A stretch of DNA of 64,000 nucleotides from Candidatus Woesebacteria bacterium GW2011_GWB1_33_22 (GCA_000989765.1 LBOW01000002.1:6843-70842), one strand, 5' to 3'; shown: positions 1 to 8,473, counted from the first letter of the stretch. The notes: generated by a model not told the origin, from the letters alone. Made by a program: numbers and translations.

Positions 1-344
1 ATTCATCCGAAGATGATGATTTTGTCGAAATATGTTGCAATGAGTGGGAATCAATAGAACAAGATAAATCATATCAAACTTTTGAACTTTGGGATAATTT
101 GAAAAGATATAATAATAAGTCTATAAAATTGCTCTCAATTGGTTTTATTAATGAAATTATTGGTAACTCGATTCTTAAAGATTTAGAGATATTAGTTAAA
201 AATTATAAAAGTTATTTGAGAAAAGATATCAATAATATTAATGGCTTAGAAGAATTTGGATTAAATCAGTTTATACAAGGTAAGGCAGATGCTTATGTTG
301 ACTGTGTGATTATAATTAAAAAATACATAAATAATCTGAATTAA
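1..344 (+). CDS. hypothetical protein, 5'-truncated by window edge (frame continues upstream of position 1 without stop)
   Basis: Open frame from pos 3 with no stop until TAA at 342-344; no recognisable motif; AT-rich codon usage like neighbours. Confidence 0.4.
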   Translation, partial: SSEDDDFVEICCNEWESIEQDKSYQTFELWDNLKRYNNKSIKLLSIGFINEIIGNSILKDLEILVKNYKSYLRKDINNINGLEEFGLNQFIQGKADAYVDCVIIIKKYINNLN

Positions 345-392
345 CTATTTACACTTTTACAATTTAGCTAAAAACAGAGTTCTAAAGAATAA

Positions 393-615
393 AAAATATT
401 GCGCTATTTTAATTGGTGACACACGTAGAAATACGATGTACCAACCACTTGCATATAAAGTCATGGAAAAGTTTTTGAAAGTTGGTTTTAAATTAAAAGA
501 AGATATAATTAAAAAACAATTTAATTGCACTGCTACTGGATTTTGGGTAAAAAAATCTAAGGATTTAAATTTTCTTTTGATTATGCATGAACATCTTTTT
601 GTATTTCAGAAATAA
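393..615 (+). pseudogene. DNA methyltransferase remnant (N6/N4-MTase-like mid-region ...ILIGDTRRN...GFKL...IIKK...HEHLFVFQK*), no start codon, only ~74 codons
   Basis: Frame-0 open stretch after stop at 390-392; C-terminal 'hEyilvFsK'-like motif typical of pfam01555 MTases but protein ends immediately; no FxGxG or DPPY segment in frame. Confidence 0.35.
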
Positions 616-648
616 TTATTTATAAAACTGATAAGAAGTTAGATTAAC

Positions 649-1410
649 ATGTCTCAATATTACAACCCAAACAGACAGCATAATTTATATATTCCTGATT
701 CTAGTTTGCCGTTTAGATTGAGTAGATCAAAGATTGATTTGTTTATTAACTGCCCCAGGTGTTTTTATTTAGATAGAAGACTTGGAGTAGGTCAACCTCC
801 CGGATATCCATTTTCACTTAATTCTGCTGTTGATAAACTTTTGAAAAAAGAATTTGATATTCATAGAAGTAAAGGTACTAGACATCCTTTAATGGAAAGT
901 TATGGAATTGATGCAATCCCGCTGAGTCATGAAAAAATTGATGAGTGGAGAGATTCACTTCGTGGTGGAATTACTTATAAAGTTCCTGATACTAATTTAG
1001 TAATTACAGGTGGGGTTGATGATGTTTGGGTTAAACCAAATGGTGAATTTATTATCGTTGACTATAAAGCAACTTCCAAAGAGGAGGAAGTGACCCTAGA
1101 TGCTGACTGGCAAGATGGATACAAACGCCAAATGGAAATTTATCAGTGGTTATTCCGTATGAATGGGTTTAAAGTTTCTGATATTGGCTATTTTGTTTAC
1201 TGTAATGGTAAAACAGATAGAAAGGCTTTTGATGGAAAATTAGAGTTTGATATTAAAATAATTCCATATAAAGGAAATGATGGTTGGGTAGAGGATACAA
1301 TTAAAAAAGCTATTAGTTGTTTAAATTCGAACAAATTGCCAAAATCAGGGGAAGATTGTGATTTTTGTGAATATAGAGAAGCAGTGGATAAAGCTCTAAA
1401 AAGTATATAA
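649..1410 (+). CDS. PD-(D/E)xK nuclease, Cas4/RecB-like (N-terminal CxxC, D...IVDYK, QxxxY, C-terminal CxxC)
   Basis: Motifs seen in translation: CPRCFY, GGVDD...IVDYK, KRQMEIYQW, CDFCEY (four Cys arranged like the Fe-S cluster of Cas4/AddB-type nucleases). Confidence 0.7.
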   Translation: MSQYYNPNRQHNLYIPDSSLPFRLSRSKIDLFINCPRCFYLDRRLGVGQPPGYPFSLNSAVDKLLKKEFDIHRSKGTRHPLMESYGIDAIPLSHEKIDEWRDSLRGGITYKVPDTNLVITGGVDDVWVKPNGEFIIVDYKATSKEEEVTLDADWQDGYKRQMEIYQWLFRMNGFKVSDIGYFVYCNGKTDRKAFDGKLEFDIKIIPYKGNDGWVEDTIKKAISCLNSNKLPKSGEDCDFCEYREAVDKALKSI

Positions 1411-1442
1411 TTAATTTGTGGACAATAACTTTTTATTTATAG

Positions 1443-2237
1443 ATGAAAGATTTTATAAATAGTCCACCAACAAGAAACACTACAAATTTAAATTATTGGA
1501 GAAGAAATTATTTTGTGTTGGCCGGCTTACATATAACATGCCAAACAATTAAAGAGCTCAATCCTTTAATTAATAAAGCTAAAATCAATTGTTTTGGAAC
1601 CAAACATGTTGAAATTAAATCTGATTGGTTGAGAAATCCCAATAGAAGAAAAAAACATTATCTAGATGTTTTCAACATTGATGAAATTAAATTAAAGAAT
1701 TTCATAGAAAAAGAATGGTATAGTTTTATGGAAAAATATTCTGAATCTATACAAATTCAAGCCTTTGTACTTGACAAAAGATATTATAAAAATAACAGAA
1801 CTATCTTCACTCCACTTCAGATTTTGACACAGGTACTTTTTGACAGAGTAGAATTACACCCTCACAAAAATTGTGTAATTGTATTTGATCAAATGGATAG
1901 TGAAATTAAATCTACCGATCATAATCAAGGGCAGATACTTAAAATTTCGAGTAAAAAAATAGATTTGGGATCGTTTCACAAAAAATTTTCCCACACAAAA
2001 CCTAGGTTTGAAAAATCTAAAAATTCAAATTTTTTACAACTTGCAGATACAGTTGCATATAATGTTTATCGCCAATTTGTAAATTATGGTGATCTGAATG
2101 AGAATCTAGACATTAAAACGGTAGAAAGATATCCATATTTAAATCGCCTTATTAACAATTTCTATAATAAAAACAACAAAATAACGGGATATGGTATTGT
2201 CAGAGTACCAAAAGCAACAAAAAACCCCCTAAAATAG
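1443..2237 (+). CDS. DUF3800 family protein
   Basis: Characteristic ...NFLQLADTVAYNVYRQF... (LQLAD motif) near C-terminus; follows nuclease gene. Confidence 0.7.
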   Translation: MKDFINSPPTRNTTNLNYWRRNYFVLAGLHITCQTIKELNPLINKAKINCFGTKHVEIKSDWLRNPNRRKKHYLDVFNIDEIKLKNFIEKEWYSFMEKYSESIQIQAFVLDKRYYKNNRTIFTPLQILTQVLFDRVELHPHKNCVIVFDQMDSEIKSTDHNQGQILKISSKKIDLGSFHKKFSHTKPRFEKSKNSNFLQLADTVAYNVYRQFVNYGDLNENLDIKTVERYPYLNRLINNFYNKNNKITGYGIVRVPKATKNPLK

Positions 2238-2312
2238 AGGGTCTTTTGAGGTCAGTTCTCGGTTTGAGTACTATCATACGCTGAGAGGATAGCTAGACAT
2301 TTCTGTCAAACT

Positions 2313-3365
2313 ATGAAAAACAGAATTAAGGAAATAGTTAAAAAGTTTAAGACATATATTAAAAAACTTCTTTTTCCTCTTTATTTGTTTCCCATTAAGC
2401 TTCTGACTTATTCAACTTATTATTTTTTGAAATTTGTTTGGAAAATTATTTCTTGGCCATTTAGAAAGTGGTCAAATTTTTTTAAAACTATCCTTTGGAC
2501 TTTTATAACGACATATATTTTACTTTCCCTCTTAGTAATAATTGATTATTTAGGTAGAGAGTATGGAAACTTTGACAAAATACTTTGTGGTGCTGATGTT
2601 AAAGAAAAACTAAAAACTTCAGTAGTTAGAATAATTGGTGGTTATGGAGAGGGTTCAGGATTTTTTATAAGTCCTACTGAAGTTGTTACCAATTTCCATG
2701 TAATAGCAAATGAACCTAGCCCAAAAGTTGTTTTTCCTGACGGTCATTTTGAAACGCCAGTTAAAATTGTAGGGGATAAAAATATGGATATTGCCGTCTT
2801 AACTTTAAAAAATTCATATCCTGATTTTGTGTATGACTTACCTAATGAATTTAGTTTAATAAGTAATGAACCATTACTTTCTGCGGGTTACCCATTAGGT
2901 TCTGAAATTACAGGAGATGTAACAATAGTTAAAGGTAATTTTATAGATTTTAGGAAAAGTAGTCTTAATAATTTAACAGATCAAGAAATTAAAAAAATTA
3001 ATGTTGATCCTACCAAATCTCCTGAAGATGCTGTTTTTGCCTTTTATACATATCTCAAGGCAAGACAAATGGAAAAAGGATATAACTTATTAAGTAGTAA
3101 GTATTTAGAAAAAACAAATTCAACAGAATGGACAAACAGGTTTACTGATATTTTAGATGTAGATGTTATTTCAACCGAGAAGTTTGAAAACACTGATGAT
3201 ACTGTTTTTGTTAAATTTGGAACAACAAATTGGGTAGATGGAGAAGCTGAATACCACTTTTATGAAGGTACTTGGGAAACTGTAATTGAAGAAGGAATAT
3301 ACAAAATGAATAAAAGTAAAATTAAAGAAGTCGATGATCCAGACTACAATTGGTTTTATGAATAA
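2313..3365 (+). CDS. membrane-anchored trypsin-like (S1/DegP-type) peptidase-domain protein, catalytic Ser motif not detectable
   Basis: N-terminal TM helices; GSGFFIS...TNFHVI (His) and DIAVLTL (Asp) present but no GNSGGP/GDSGG serine motif downstream. Confidence 0.55.
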   Translation: MKNRIKEIVKKFKTYIKKLLFPLYLFPIKLLTYSTYYFLKFVWKIISWPFRKWSNFFKTILWTFITTYILLSLLVIIDYLGREYGNFDKILCGADVKEKLKTSVVRIIGGYGEGSGFFISPTEVVTNFHVIANEPSPKVVFPDGHFETPVKIVGDKNMDIAVLTLKNSYPDFVYDLPNEFSLISNEPLLSAGYPLGSEITGDVTIVKGNFIDFRKSSLNNLTDQEIKKINVDPTKSPEDAVFAFYTYLKARQMEKGYNLLSSKYLEKTNSTEWTNRFTDILDVDVISTEKFENTDDTVFVKFGTTNWVDGEAEYHFYEGTWETVIEEGIYKMNKSKIKEVDDPDYNWFYE

Positions 3366-3423
3366 CATGAACTTGTTTATGAGTAATACAAAAAGGCCGT
3401 ATTTTAGGGCCAATTTCAATTTG

Positions 3424-3494
3424 AGCGGGTAGCGGGAATCGGACCCGCGTGTCTTGATTGGCAACCAAGCGTATTACCATTGTACTATACCCGC
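3424..3494 (-). tRNA. tRNA-Gly(GCC)
   Basis: Reverse complement folds as cloverleaf: acceptor GCGGGTA/TACCCGC, anticodon loop TTGCCAA, T-arm GCGGG-TCCGATT-CCCGC. Confidence 0.8.
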
Positions 3495-3585
3495 AGGTTC
3501 AAGCTTGCTTACGCCAAAGGCGCAAGTTTACTTATACCCGCACTTCGTTTCACTCAGTGTAAACATCTCACTCAGTATAAACTTG

Positions 3586-3658
3586 TGCCGAGGTTGTGAG
3601 TTGCACACAAATCTGGCGCTCTTCAGGCGTCCGCCGTGACTACCTTGGCTACCTCGGC
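3586..3658 (-). tRNA. putative tRNA-Phe(GAA), atypical (A-C mismatch in anticodon stem, T-loop TGCAACT)
   Basis: Reverse complement: acceptor GCCGAGG/CCTCGGC, D-stem GCC/GGC, anticodon loop CTGAAGA, T-stem TTGTG/CACAA; 73 nt. Confidence 0.45.
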
Positions 3659-3685
3659 AATTTATAAAGTATATCAAATTTGTTG

Positions 3686-3759
3686 TGGATCCAGCAGGGC
3701 TCGAACCTGCGACCTTACGGATGTAAACCGTACGCTCTAACCAACTGAGCTATGGATCC
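3686..3759 (-). tRNA. tRNA-Val(TAC)
   Basis: Reverse complement GGATCCATAGCTCAGTTGGTTAGAGCGTACGGTTTACATCCGTAAGGTCGCAGGTTCGAGCCCTGCTGGATCCA; anticodon loop TTTACAT. Confidence 0.85.
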
Positions 3760-3775
3760 AAATATAATATTTTAT

Positions 3776-3832
3776 TGTAAACGTACGCTCTACCTGCCGG
3801 CAGGCAGGTCTAACCAACTGAGCTAAATGTCC
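3776..3832 (-). pseudogene. truncated tRNA-Val-like 5' half (acceptor + D-arm + anticodon 5' stem) interrupted in the D-stem by the GC-rich palindromic element
   Basis: Reverse complement GGACATTTAGCTCAGTTGGTTAGA[CCTGCCTGCCGGCAGG]TAGAGCGTACGTTTACA matches the first ~35 nt of adjacent tRNA-Val; no 3' half. Confidence 0.5.
3793..3808. repeat. GC-rich palindromic element copy (16-nt version cctgccggcaggcagg) inside tRNA-Val remnant
   Basis: Same core as the 20-bp palindrome at 13924, 18472, 26403. Confidence 0.8.
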
Positions 3833-3847
3833 ATAATAACCTATAGT

Positions 3848-3928
3848 GCTCGGGACAGGAATTGAACCTGCAAGGATTGCTCCACGGGATCCTTAATCCC
3901 GCGCGTCTACCAATTTCGCCACCCGAGC
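3848..3928 (-). tRNA. tRNA-Leu (anticodon reads AAG), type II with long variable arm
   Basis: Reverse complement GCTCGGGTGGCGAAATTGGTAGACGCGCGGGATTAAGGATCCCGTGGAGCAATCCTTGCAGGTTCAATTCCTGTCCCGAGCA; anticodon stem CGGGA/TCCCG, loop TTAAGGA. Confidence 0.7.
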
Positions 3929-3955
3929 TTAACTTTGCTATTATACTATAATCTG

Positions 3956-4038
3956 TGCAGATGGGAGGAGTTGGACCTCCAAGGATTTTACTCCACAAGC
4001 TTCTGAGGCCTGCGCGTCTACCGTTTCGCCACATCTGC
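3956..4038 (-). tRNA. tRNA-Leu(CAG), type II
   Basis: Reverse complement GCAGATGTGGCGAAACGGTAGACGCGCAGGCCTCAGAAGCTTG...GGAGGTCCAACTCCTCCCATCTGCA; anticodon loop CTCAGAA. Confidence 0.85.
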
Positions 4039-4049
4039 ATTACCTTGGT

Positions 4050-4058
4050 ATTATACCA
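4050..4058 (-). promoter_or_regulatory. extended -10 promoter (TGgTATAAT) for minus-strand tRNA operon
   Basis: Reverse complement of attatacca = TGGTATAAT located ~12 nt upstream of tRNA-Leu(CAG) 5' end. Confidence 0.4.
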
Positions 4059-4099
4059 AACTTGACTCCAAACTTTTTATATGTCATCCTGATATAGTT

Positions 4100-4720
4100 A
4101 TGCAAACAGGTATTGTTGTGGGTGAAGGAAACTCGTTTTCTTTTTGGAAAAATGTATTTTTAATGATTGTATTTTTTACAATAACACCCATAACACTAGG
4201 CATTAGTCTGTTTTCTATTTTTTCACTTCAAGGTAGCCATGAAGTTGAAATTGCAAAACCGAGTACAAATGGGGTACGTGTCTATGCCTCACTTCCCAGT
4301 GAATTTCCTACTGTAAATGGCCTAGCTATTTCTTCAGATGCAAGGCCGAAAATAATTAAAAATTATTTAGAAAAATATAATTCACCACTATTAGGAAATG
4401 AGAATTATATTGTCTCCAGATCTGATGAGGTGGGACTTGATTTTAGACTGATTACAGCTATTGCTCAGCAAGAAAGTAATTTATGTAAAATATTCCCCGA
4501 AGAAACCTACAATTGTTGGGGATGGGGGATCCACAGTAAGGGAACATTAGGTTTTGCATCATATAATGAAGCAATTGACGCTGTGACATATGGACTTAAA
4601 ACGGAATACATTGATAAAGGATTAACTACTCCTGATACTATTTGGAAAAAATATACTCCATCTTCTCCTGATGGAGCTTGGGCAAAAGGTGTAAATCAAT
4701 TCATGTCAGAAATGGAGTAA
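4100..4720 (+). CDS. putative cell-wall hydrolase (lysozyme-like / glucosaminidase-SLT-like) with N-terminal TM helix
   Basis: TM segment then ...ITAIAQQESNLCK...YNCWGWGIHS... resembling muramidase/transglycosylase cores; assignment tentative. Confidence 0.45.
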   Translation: MQTGIVVGEGNSFSFWKNVFLMIVFFTITPITLGISLFSIFSLQGSHEVEIAKPSTNGVRVYASLPSEFPTVNGLAISSDARPKIIKNYLEKYNSPLLGNENYIVSRSDEVGLDFRLITAIAQQESNLCKIFPEETYNCWGWGIHSKGTLGFASYNEAIDAVTYGLKTEYIDKGLTTPDTIWKKYTPSSPDGAWAKGVNQFMSEME

Positions 4721-4739
4721 AAGCGTATAATATAAACCT

Positions 4740-5498
4740 ATGCCATCAGCCTACGATAATTATGACTATCCTTCTTACTGGAAACATAGAAACTATGAAC
4801 ATCAGTCTGAATTTATTGCAATAAAAGGTTTGTTGCAAAAAATTCCTAGAATTAATAAATCAATTGAAATAGGTGCAGGATTTGGTAGGCTTGTACCATC
4901 ATATCTTTTTAGAGTTAAAAGGGCACTTCTTACTGATCCTTCAGCAAAACTTATTTCTTTATCTATGAAAAAGTATTCTAAAAACAATAAGGTATTTTTT
5001 TTGCAATCAAAACTCGAAAATCTAAAAAACAAAAAAAAATCTGGGAGTTTTGACCTAGCTATAATGGTTAGAGTGCTCCACCATATTGAAAACATCGATA
5101 ATGCTTTTAAAATAATTAAAAATCTATTAACAAAGGGTGGTTATTTAATACTTGAATTTCCAAACAAAAGTCATTTAAAGGCTAATATCAGACATTTTTT
5201 AATAGGGGACTTAACATATCCGATTAATATCTTTCCCATAGATTTAAGAAGTAAACGACAGGTGAACAAGAATACATTACCATTTATAAATTATCACCCC
5301 GATCAAATATTAGAGAAATTAAAAGAAAAAGGATTTGAAATTATCGAAATGAGGTCGGTCAGTAATATTAGATCTACTTTTCTTAAAAGGATGTTTCCTA
5401 TTCATACCCTTTTAGATATTGAAAAATACTTACAAATTCCACTTGCAAAGCTTAACTTTGGCCCATCTTTCTTCATCCTTGCAAAAAAAATAGGATAA
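4740..5498 (+). CDS. class I SAM-dependent methyltransferase
   Basis: Motif I IEIGAGFGRL, acidic loop, DLAIMVRVLHHI and LLTKGGYLIL motifs. Confidence 0.8.
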   Translation: MPSAYDNYDYPSYWKHRNYEHQSEFIAIKGLLQKIPRINKSIEIGAGFGRLVPSYLFRVKRALLTDPSAKLISLSMKKYSKNNKVFFLQSKLENLKNKKKSGSFDLAIMVRVLHHIENIDNAFKIIKNLLTKGGYLILEFPNKSHLKANIRHFLIGDLTYPINIFPIDLRSKRQVNKNTLPFINYHPDQILEKLKEKGFEIIEMRSVSNIRSTFLKRMFPIHTLLDIEKYLQIPLAKLNFGPSFFILAKKIG

Positions 5499-5510
5499 TA
5501 TTATAAAAAC

Positions 5511-5539
5511 TTGACATGCCCATAGTCATATGCTATAGT
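5511..5539 (+). promoter_or_regulatory. sigma70-like promoter TTGACA-N17-TATAGT with A/T-rich upstream (UP-like) tract
   Basis: TTGACA at 5511-5516, 17-nt spacer, TATAGT at 5534-5539. Confidence 0.5.
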
Positions 5540-5600
5540 GCCAATTACGTTCTTAGGCTGTACAGGTTTATCTTGCTACGGCGTTAGAATTTCTACAAGT

Positions 5601-5627
5601 CCCCTCACAAGAGGGGGCTTTTTTTGG
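5601..5627 (+). terminator. rho-independent terminator-like hairpin CCCCTC-acaa-GAGGGG followed by T7
   Basis: Perfect 6-bp GC stem plus GCTTTTTTT; lies between promoter at 5511 and tRNA-Leu at 5653. Confidence 0.55.
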
Positions 5628-5652
5628 ACTGATAGGGTATAATCAGCTTTAA

Positions 5653-5733
5653 GCTCCCGTGGCGAAATGGCAGACGCGTACGGTTTAGGACCGTATTCCT
5701 TACGGAGTAGAAGTTCGACTCTTCTCGGGAGCA
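5653..5733 (+). tRNA. tRNA-Leu(TAG), type II
   Basis: GCTCCCGTGGCGAAATGGCAGACGCGTACGGTTTAGGACCGTATTCCTTACGGAGTAGAAGTTCGACTCTTCTCGGGAGCA; anticodon loop TTTAGGA; T-arm AGAAG-TTCGACT-CTTCT. Confidence 0.85.
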
Positions 5734-5882
5734 CTTTTTTTTGTTATATTAAATTTATGGATGTAATTCACACTTTCAAAAAAAGTGATAAAGGCACATT
5801 AGGAGTCTTTCTATTATTTATTCCTATCGTTGTTTTTTTTACTGTACTTGCAATTTTTAAGATATTAAACTAATATTAAATT

Positions 5883-6413
5883 ATGAAACTTAAGCTTTTA
5901 ACTTTTTTTATACTTTCTTCATTGATAATTGTCCCTTCAGTATCTTCACAAACAGCAACACCACTTAGTAGAAAACAAATTGTGACTGAAAAGGTAGCTT
6001 CCAGACAGGCTGAGATAAGATCTAAAATATCTGCAGTAAGAAGAGAGAGAATAAGAAATTATTTTGGCAAAATGGTGGTTAGAATTGAAGCAACCATTGA
6101 AAGACTTCAAATTTTAATTGATAGAATTGAAACAAGAATAGCAAAGATTAAAGAGGGTGACGAAGAGATAAATACTACTGAGGTAGAAATAACAGTTACA
6201 GACGCCAAGGAAACTTTGGAGAAAGCTAAAACTGAACTTGATAACTTAAAAACAAATCTAGAAGATATGCTGGCATCTGACAACCCCAGAGATAATTTTC
6301 AAGACGTGAGAAATTCTTTAAAAACTGTGATTGGTTACATTAGAGAAGCGCACAAATCACTGGCTATTGCAATCGGTAACATAAAAGGACTTAGAGTAGG
6401 AGACTTTAAATAA
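5883..6413 (+). CDS. secreted coiled-coil hypothetical protein
   Basis: Signal-peptide-like N-terminus MKLKLLTFFILSSLIIVPSVSS; heptad-rich charged sequence. Confidence 0.55.
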   Translation: MKLKLLTFFILSSLIIVPSVSSQTATPLSRKQIVTEKVASRQAEIRSKISAVRRERIRNYFGKMVVRIEATIERLQILIDRIETRIAKIKEGDEEINTTEVEITVTDAKETLEKAKTELDNLKTNLEDMLASDNPRDNFQDVRNSLKTVIGYIREAHKSLAIAIGNIKGLRVGDFK

Positions 6414-6649
6414 TGAAGAGTAAAAGTATTATAGTTTTTTTGGCTATTTTGGTTCTAGTGTTAGCGGGTATATCTTACTTGTTTTCAACTAATACACTTA
6501 CAAAACCCGCTAAATTTGAAAGGGAAATTACCAAGATCGAGACAGTTTCAGAATCGGATGAGACTTCAGACATTGAAACGGATTTAAATGAAACAGATTT
6601 GGATAATCTTGATTTTGAGCTCTCAAATATCGAGGCAGAGTTAAACTAA
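6413..6649 (+). CDS. small membrane-anchored acidic hypothetical protein
   Basis: TM helix then D/E-rich tail; ATGA overlap with upstream gene. Confidence 0.45.
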   Translation: MKSKSIIVFLAILVLVLAGISYLFSTNTLTKPAKFEREITKIETVSESDETSDIETDLNETDLDNLDFELSNIEAELN

Positions 6650-7120
6650 ATGTTTAAACAAATCTTTCTCCCCCTTATTGCAGTTGCAGTTTTTATTACT
6701 CTGGTAGGATTACTTGGTCAGGGCAAACTTACTCCCAAAGTTAGTTTAAAAACTATTAAAATAGACAATCTTGAAATTAGTGTAGAGGTGGCTAAATCTG
6801 CAGATGAAAGAGCAAAAGGTCTTTCAGGCAGAGAAAAATTAGATGAAAATAGTGGAATGGTTTTTGTTTTTGATAAAAACTCTAAACCTGTTTTTTGGAT
6901 GAAAGATACGCTTGTTGCTCTTGATATTATTTGGATCAATGACAATAAAATTATTAGAATTGAAAAAAATGTACAACCTGAAATAGGTAAGACTGATTCT
7001 GAACTCAAAAAATATACTGCTCCATCAATAGTTGATTATGTATTGGAAGTTAATGCTGGTTTTGCTGACAAAAACAATATTAAAATTGACCAAATGATAT
7101 CCGGTCTTGAACAACTTTAG
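6650..7120 (+). CDS. DUF192 domain protein
   Basis: GLSGREKLDENSGMVFVF...FWMKDTLVALDIIWIN...VDYVLEVNAGFA pattern of DUF192/COG1430. Confidence 0.8.
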   Translation: MFKQIFLPLIAVAVFITLVGLLGQGKLTPKVSLKTIKIDNLEISVEVAKSADERAKGLSGREKLDENSGMVFVFDKNSKPVFWMKDTLVALDIIWINDNKIIRIEKNVQPEIGKTDSELKKYTAPSIVDYVLEVNAGFADKNNIKIDQMISGLEQL

Positions 7121-8273
7121 AATCCATATTAATTGATCCCGCATGGATTGTATATAAACCCCATTTTTTGTTTATTTGATCAATTGCTGTGGTTAAATTT
7201 TTTCTTTTTTGACTATCCTCAAAAATTTCTAGTTGCAAATTGTTAAGTTTATTAAAACTAAAAGTTGAAATGGCAATGTTTCTAAAATTAGTTTTTATAG
7301 GACTAAATTTAAATAAATTTTTTATTTCAAAATTTATATCACTTGTTTCAAAAATATCTCTTTTTAATTTTCTACTCATATGCCAAAAGTTACCATTTCT
7401 GTCTTGCAATGCCAAATGAACTCCAGACGCCTTTAAATTATAGTTTCTTAACCTAAAACCTGTTTTCTCACACAGTTTTGAAATGATAGATGAAGCTTCA
7501 TTTGCCATATTTGGAGGAGGAGCATATGAATTTCCTATCATTCCTCTTTTTGATCTAAAAGAATCAATTTCAAAACCGTGAACTCTTCTGAACCAATACA
7601 GGCCGACAATGCCCCCAAAAACAAGTCTTAGTTTCCAGACGGGAGCATTATAGAAATCTAAAACTGTTTTAATACCATACATTCTAAGCCTTACAGAATT
7701 ACCTATTTTTATACCTGTTAAATCTGTTAACTTGAGTTTTGAATAAACATCTAAATAATTACTTTTATTAATTTCTGATAAACCGTCAGGTTTAATTAAA
7801 TTGCTAGCTACTTTTGCCAAATATCTGTTAGTTGAAATACCTATTGAAATAGTAATATATTCTCCAACATCTTTTTTAATTTTTTCTTTTATTTCCAATG
7901 AGACCTTGTAAGGTTCAACCTTTAAAGGTAGAGCAAAAACAAATTCATCTATCGATTTTGGAATAACTTTAACTGAATAATTTTTGAGTATTTTAAAAAT
8001 CTTTTTATGTACAAATCTATATTTTGCAGGATCAGGTAAAAGAGTAATTATTTTAGGGTATATTTTTTTAGCATCCATTACTCTCATACCAGTTTTAATT
8101 CCCAGTTTCTTTGCCGTGACGGAAACTGCTAAGATACAACCGAATGGAGTAGTATAAGCGCAAACAACAACTGGTTTATCATGGAGCAAAGGATTTGCCT
8201 GTTGCTCAATCGTTGCAAAACAAGAATTGATATCTAGATGAATTATGTTTGGTAAATTTCCATTAAATTCCAT
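7080..8273 (-). CDS. dinB: Y-family DNA polymerase IV
   Basis: IIHLDINSCFATIEQQANPLLHDKPVVV (ImpB/MucB/SamB N-terminal signature), 397 aa. Confidence 0.85.
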   Translation of the reverse strand: MEFNGNLPNIIHLDINSCFATIEQQANPLLHDKPVVVCAYTTPFGCILAVSVTAKKLGIKTGMRVMDAKKIYPKIITLLPDPAKYRFVHKKIFKILKNYSVKVIPKSIDEFVFALPLKVEPYKVSLEIKEKIKKDVGEYITISIGISTNRYLAKVASNLIKPDGLSEINKSNYLDVYSKLKLTDLTGIKIGNSVRLRMYGIKTVLDFYNAPVWKLRLVFGGIVGLYWFRRVHGFEIDSFRSKRGMIGNSYAPPPNMANEASSIISKLCEKTGFRLRNYNLKASGVHLALQDRNGNFWHMSRKLKRDIFETSDINFEIKNLFKFSPIKTNFRNIAISTFSFNKLNNLQLEIFEDSQKRKNLTTAIDQINKKWGLYTIHAGSINMDSKVVQDRISFGQF

Positions 8274-8473
8274 GTTAAGTTTTTGCTATTGAACTTAAGT
8301 TTTAAAAATAAATCATCTGATAAAACAGAAAAAATATGAACTAAAGTTTTTCCTTCAAAATAATCATGATGAAGTCCTACTTTTGTAATTTTGTAATCTC
8401 TATTTCTCCAAGTCATAGATAGGGGAATGTTGTCTCTTAAGATAACATTTACATGTTCGGATATGTTTCGCAT
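8243..8473 (-). CDS. hypothetical protein (possibly second half of a frameshifted gene with 8517..8789)
   Basis: ORF only; overlaps dinB start by 31 nt; different frame from upstream ORF. Confidence 0.3.
   Translation of the reverse strand: MRNISEHVNVILRDNIPLSMTWRNRDYKITKVGLHHDYFEGKTLVHIFSVLSDDLFLKLKFNSKNLTWNLMEIYQT

Noticed and set aside
3495-3585. Additional tRNA between tRNA-Gly and the Phe-like tRNA
   Set aside because: Only a 9-nt acceptor-like match (GCGGGTATA) to tRNA-Gly; no cloverleaf can be drawn; region instead holds tandem short repeats and a hairpin
3171-4040. ORF-track entries 3171..3464(-), 3454..3639(+), 3810..4040(-) overlapping the tRNA cluster
   Set aside because: They run through tRNA genes and the GC-rich palindrome (which is stop-free in all frames); no protein motifs; judged spurious
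5667-5873. 68-aa ORF starting inside tRNA-Leu(TAG)
   Set aside because: 5' part is the tRNA itself; at most the distal 38-codon hydrophobic ORF (5757-5873) could be real, unsupported
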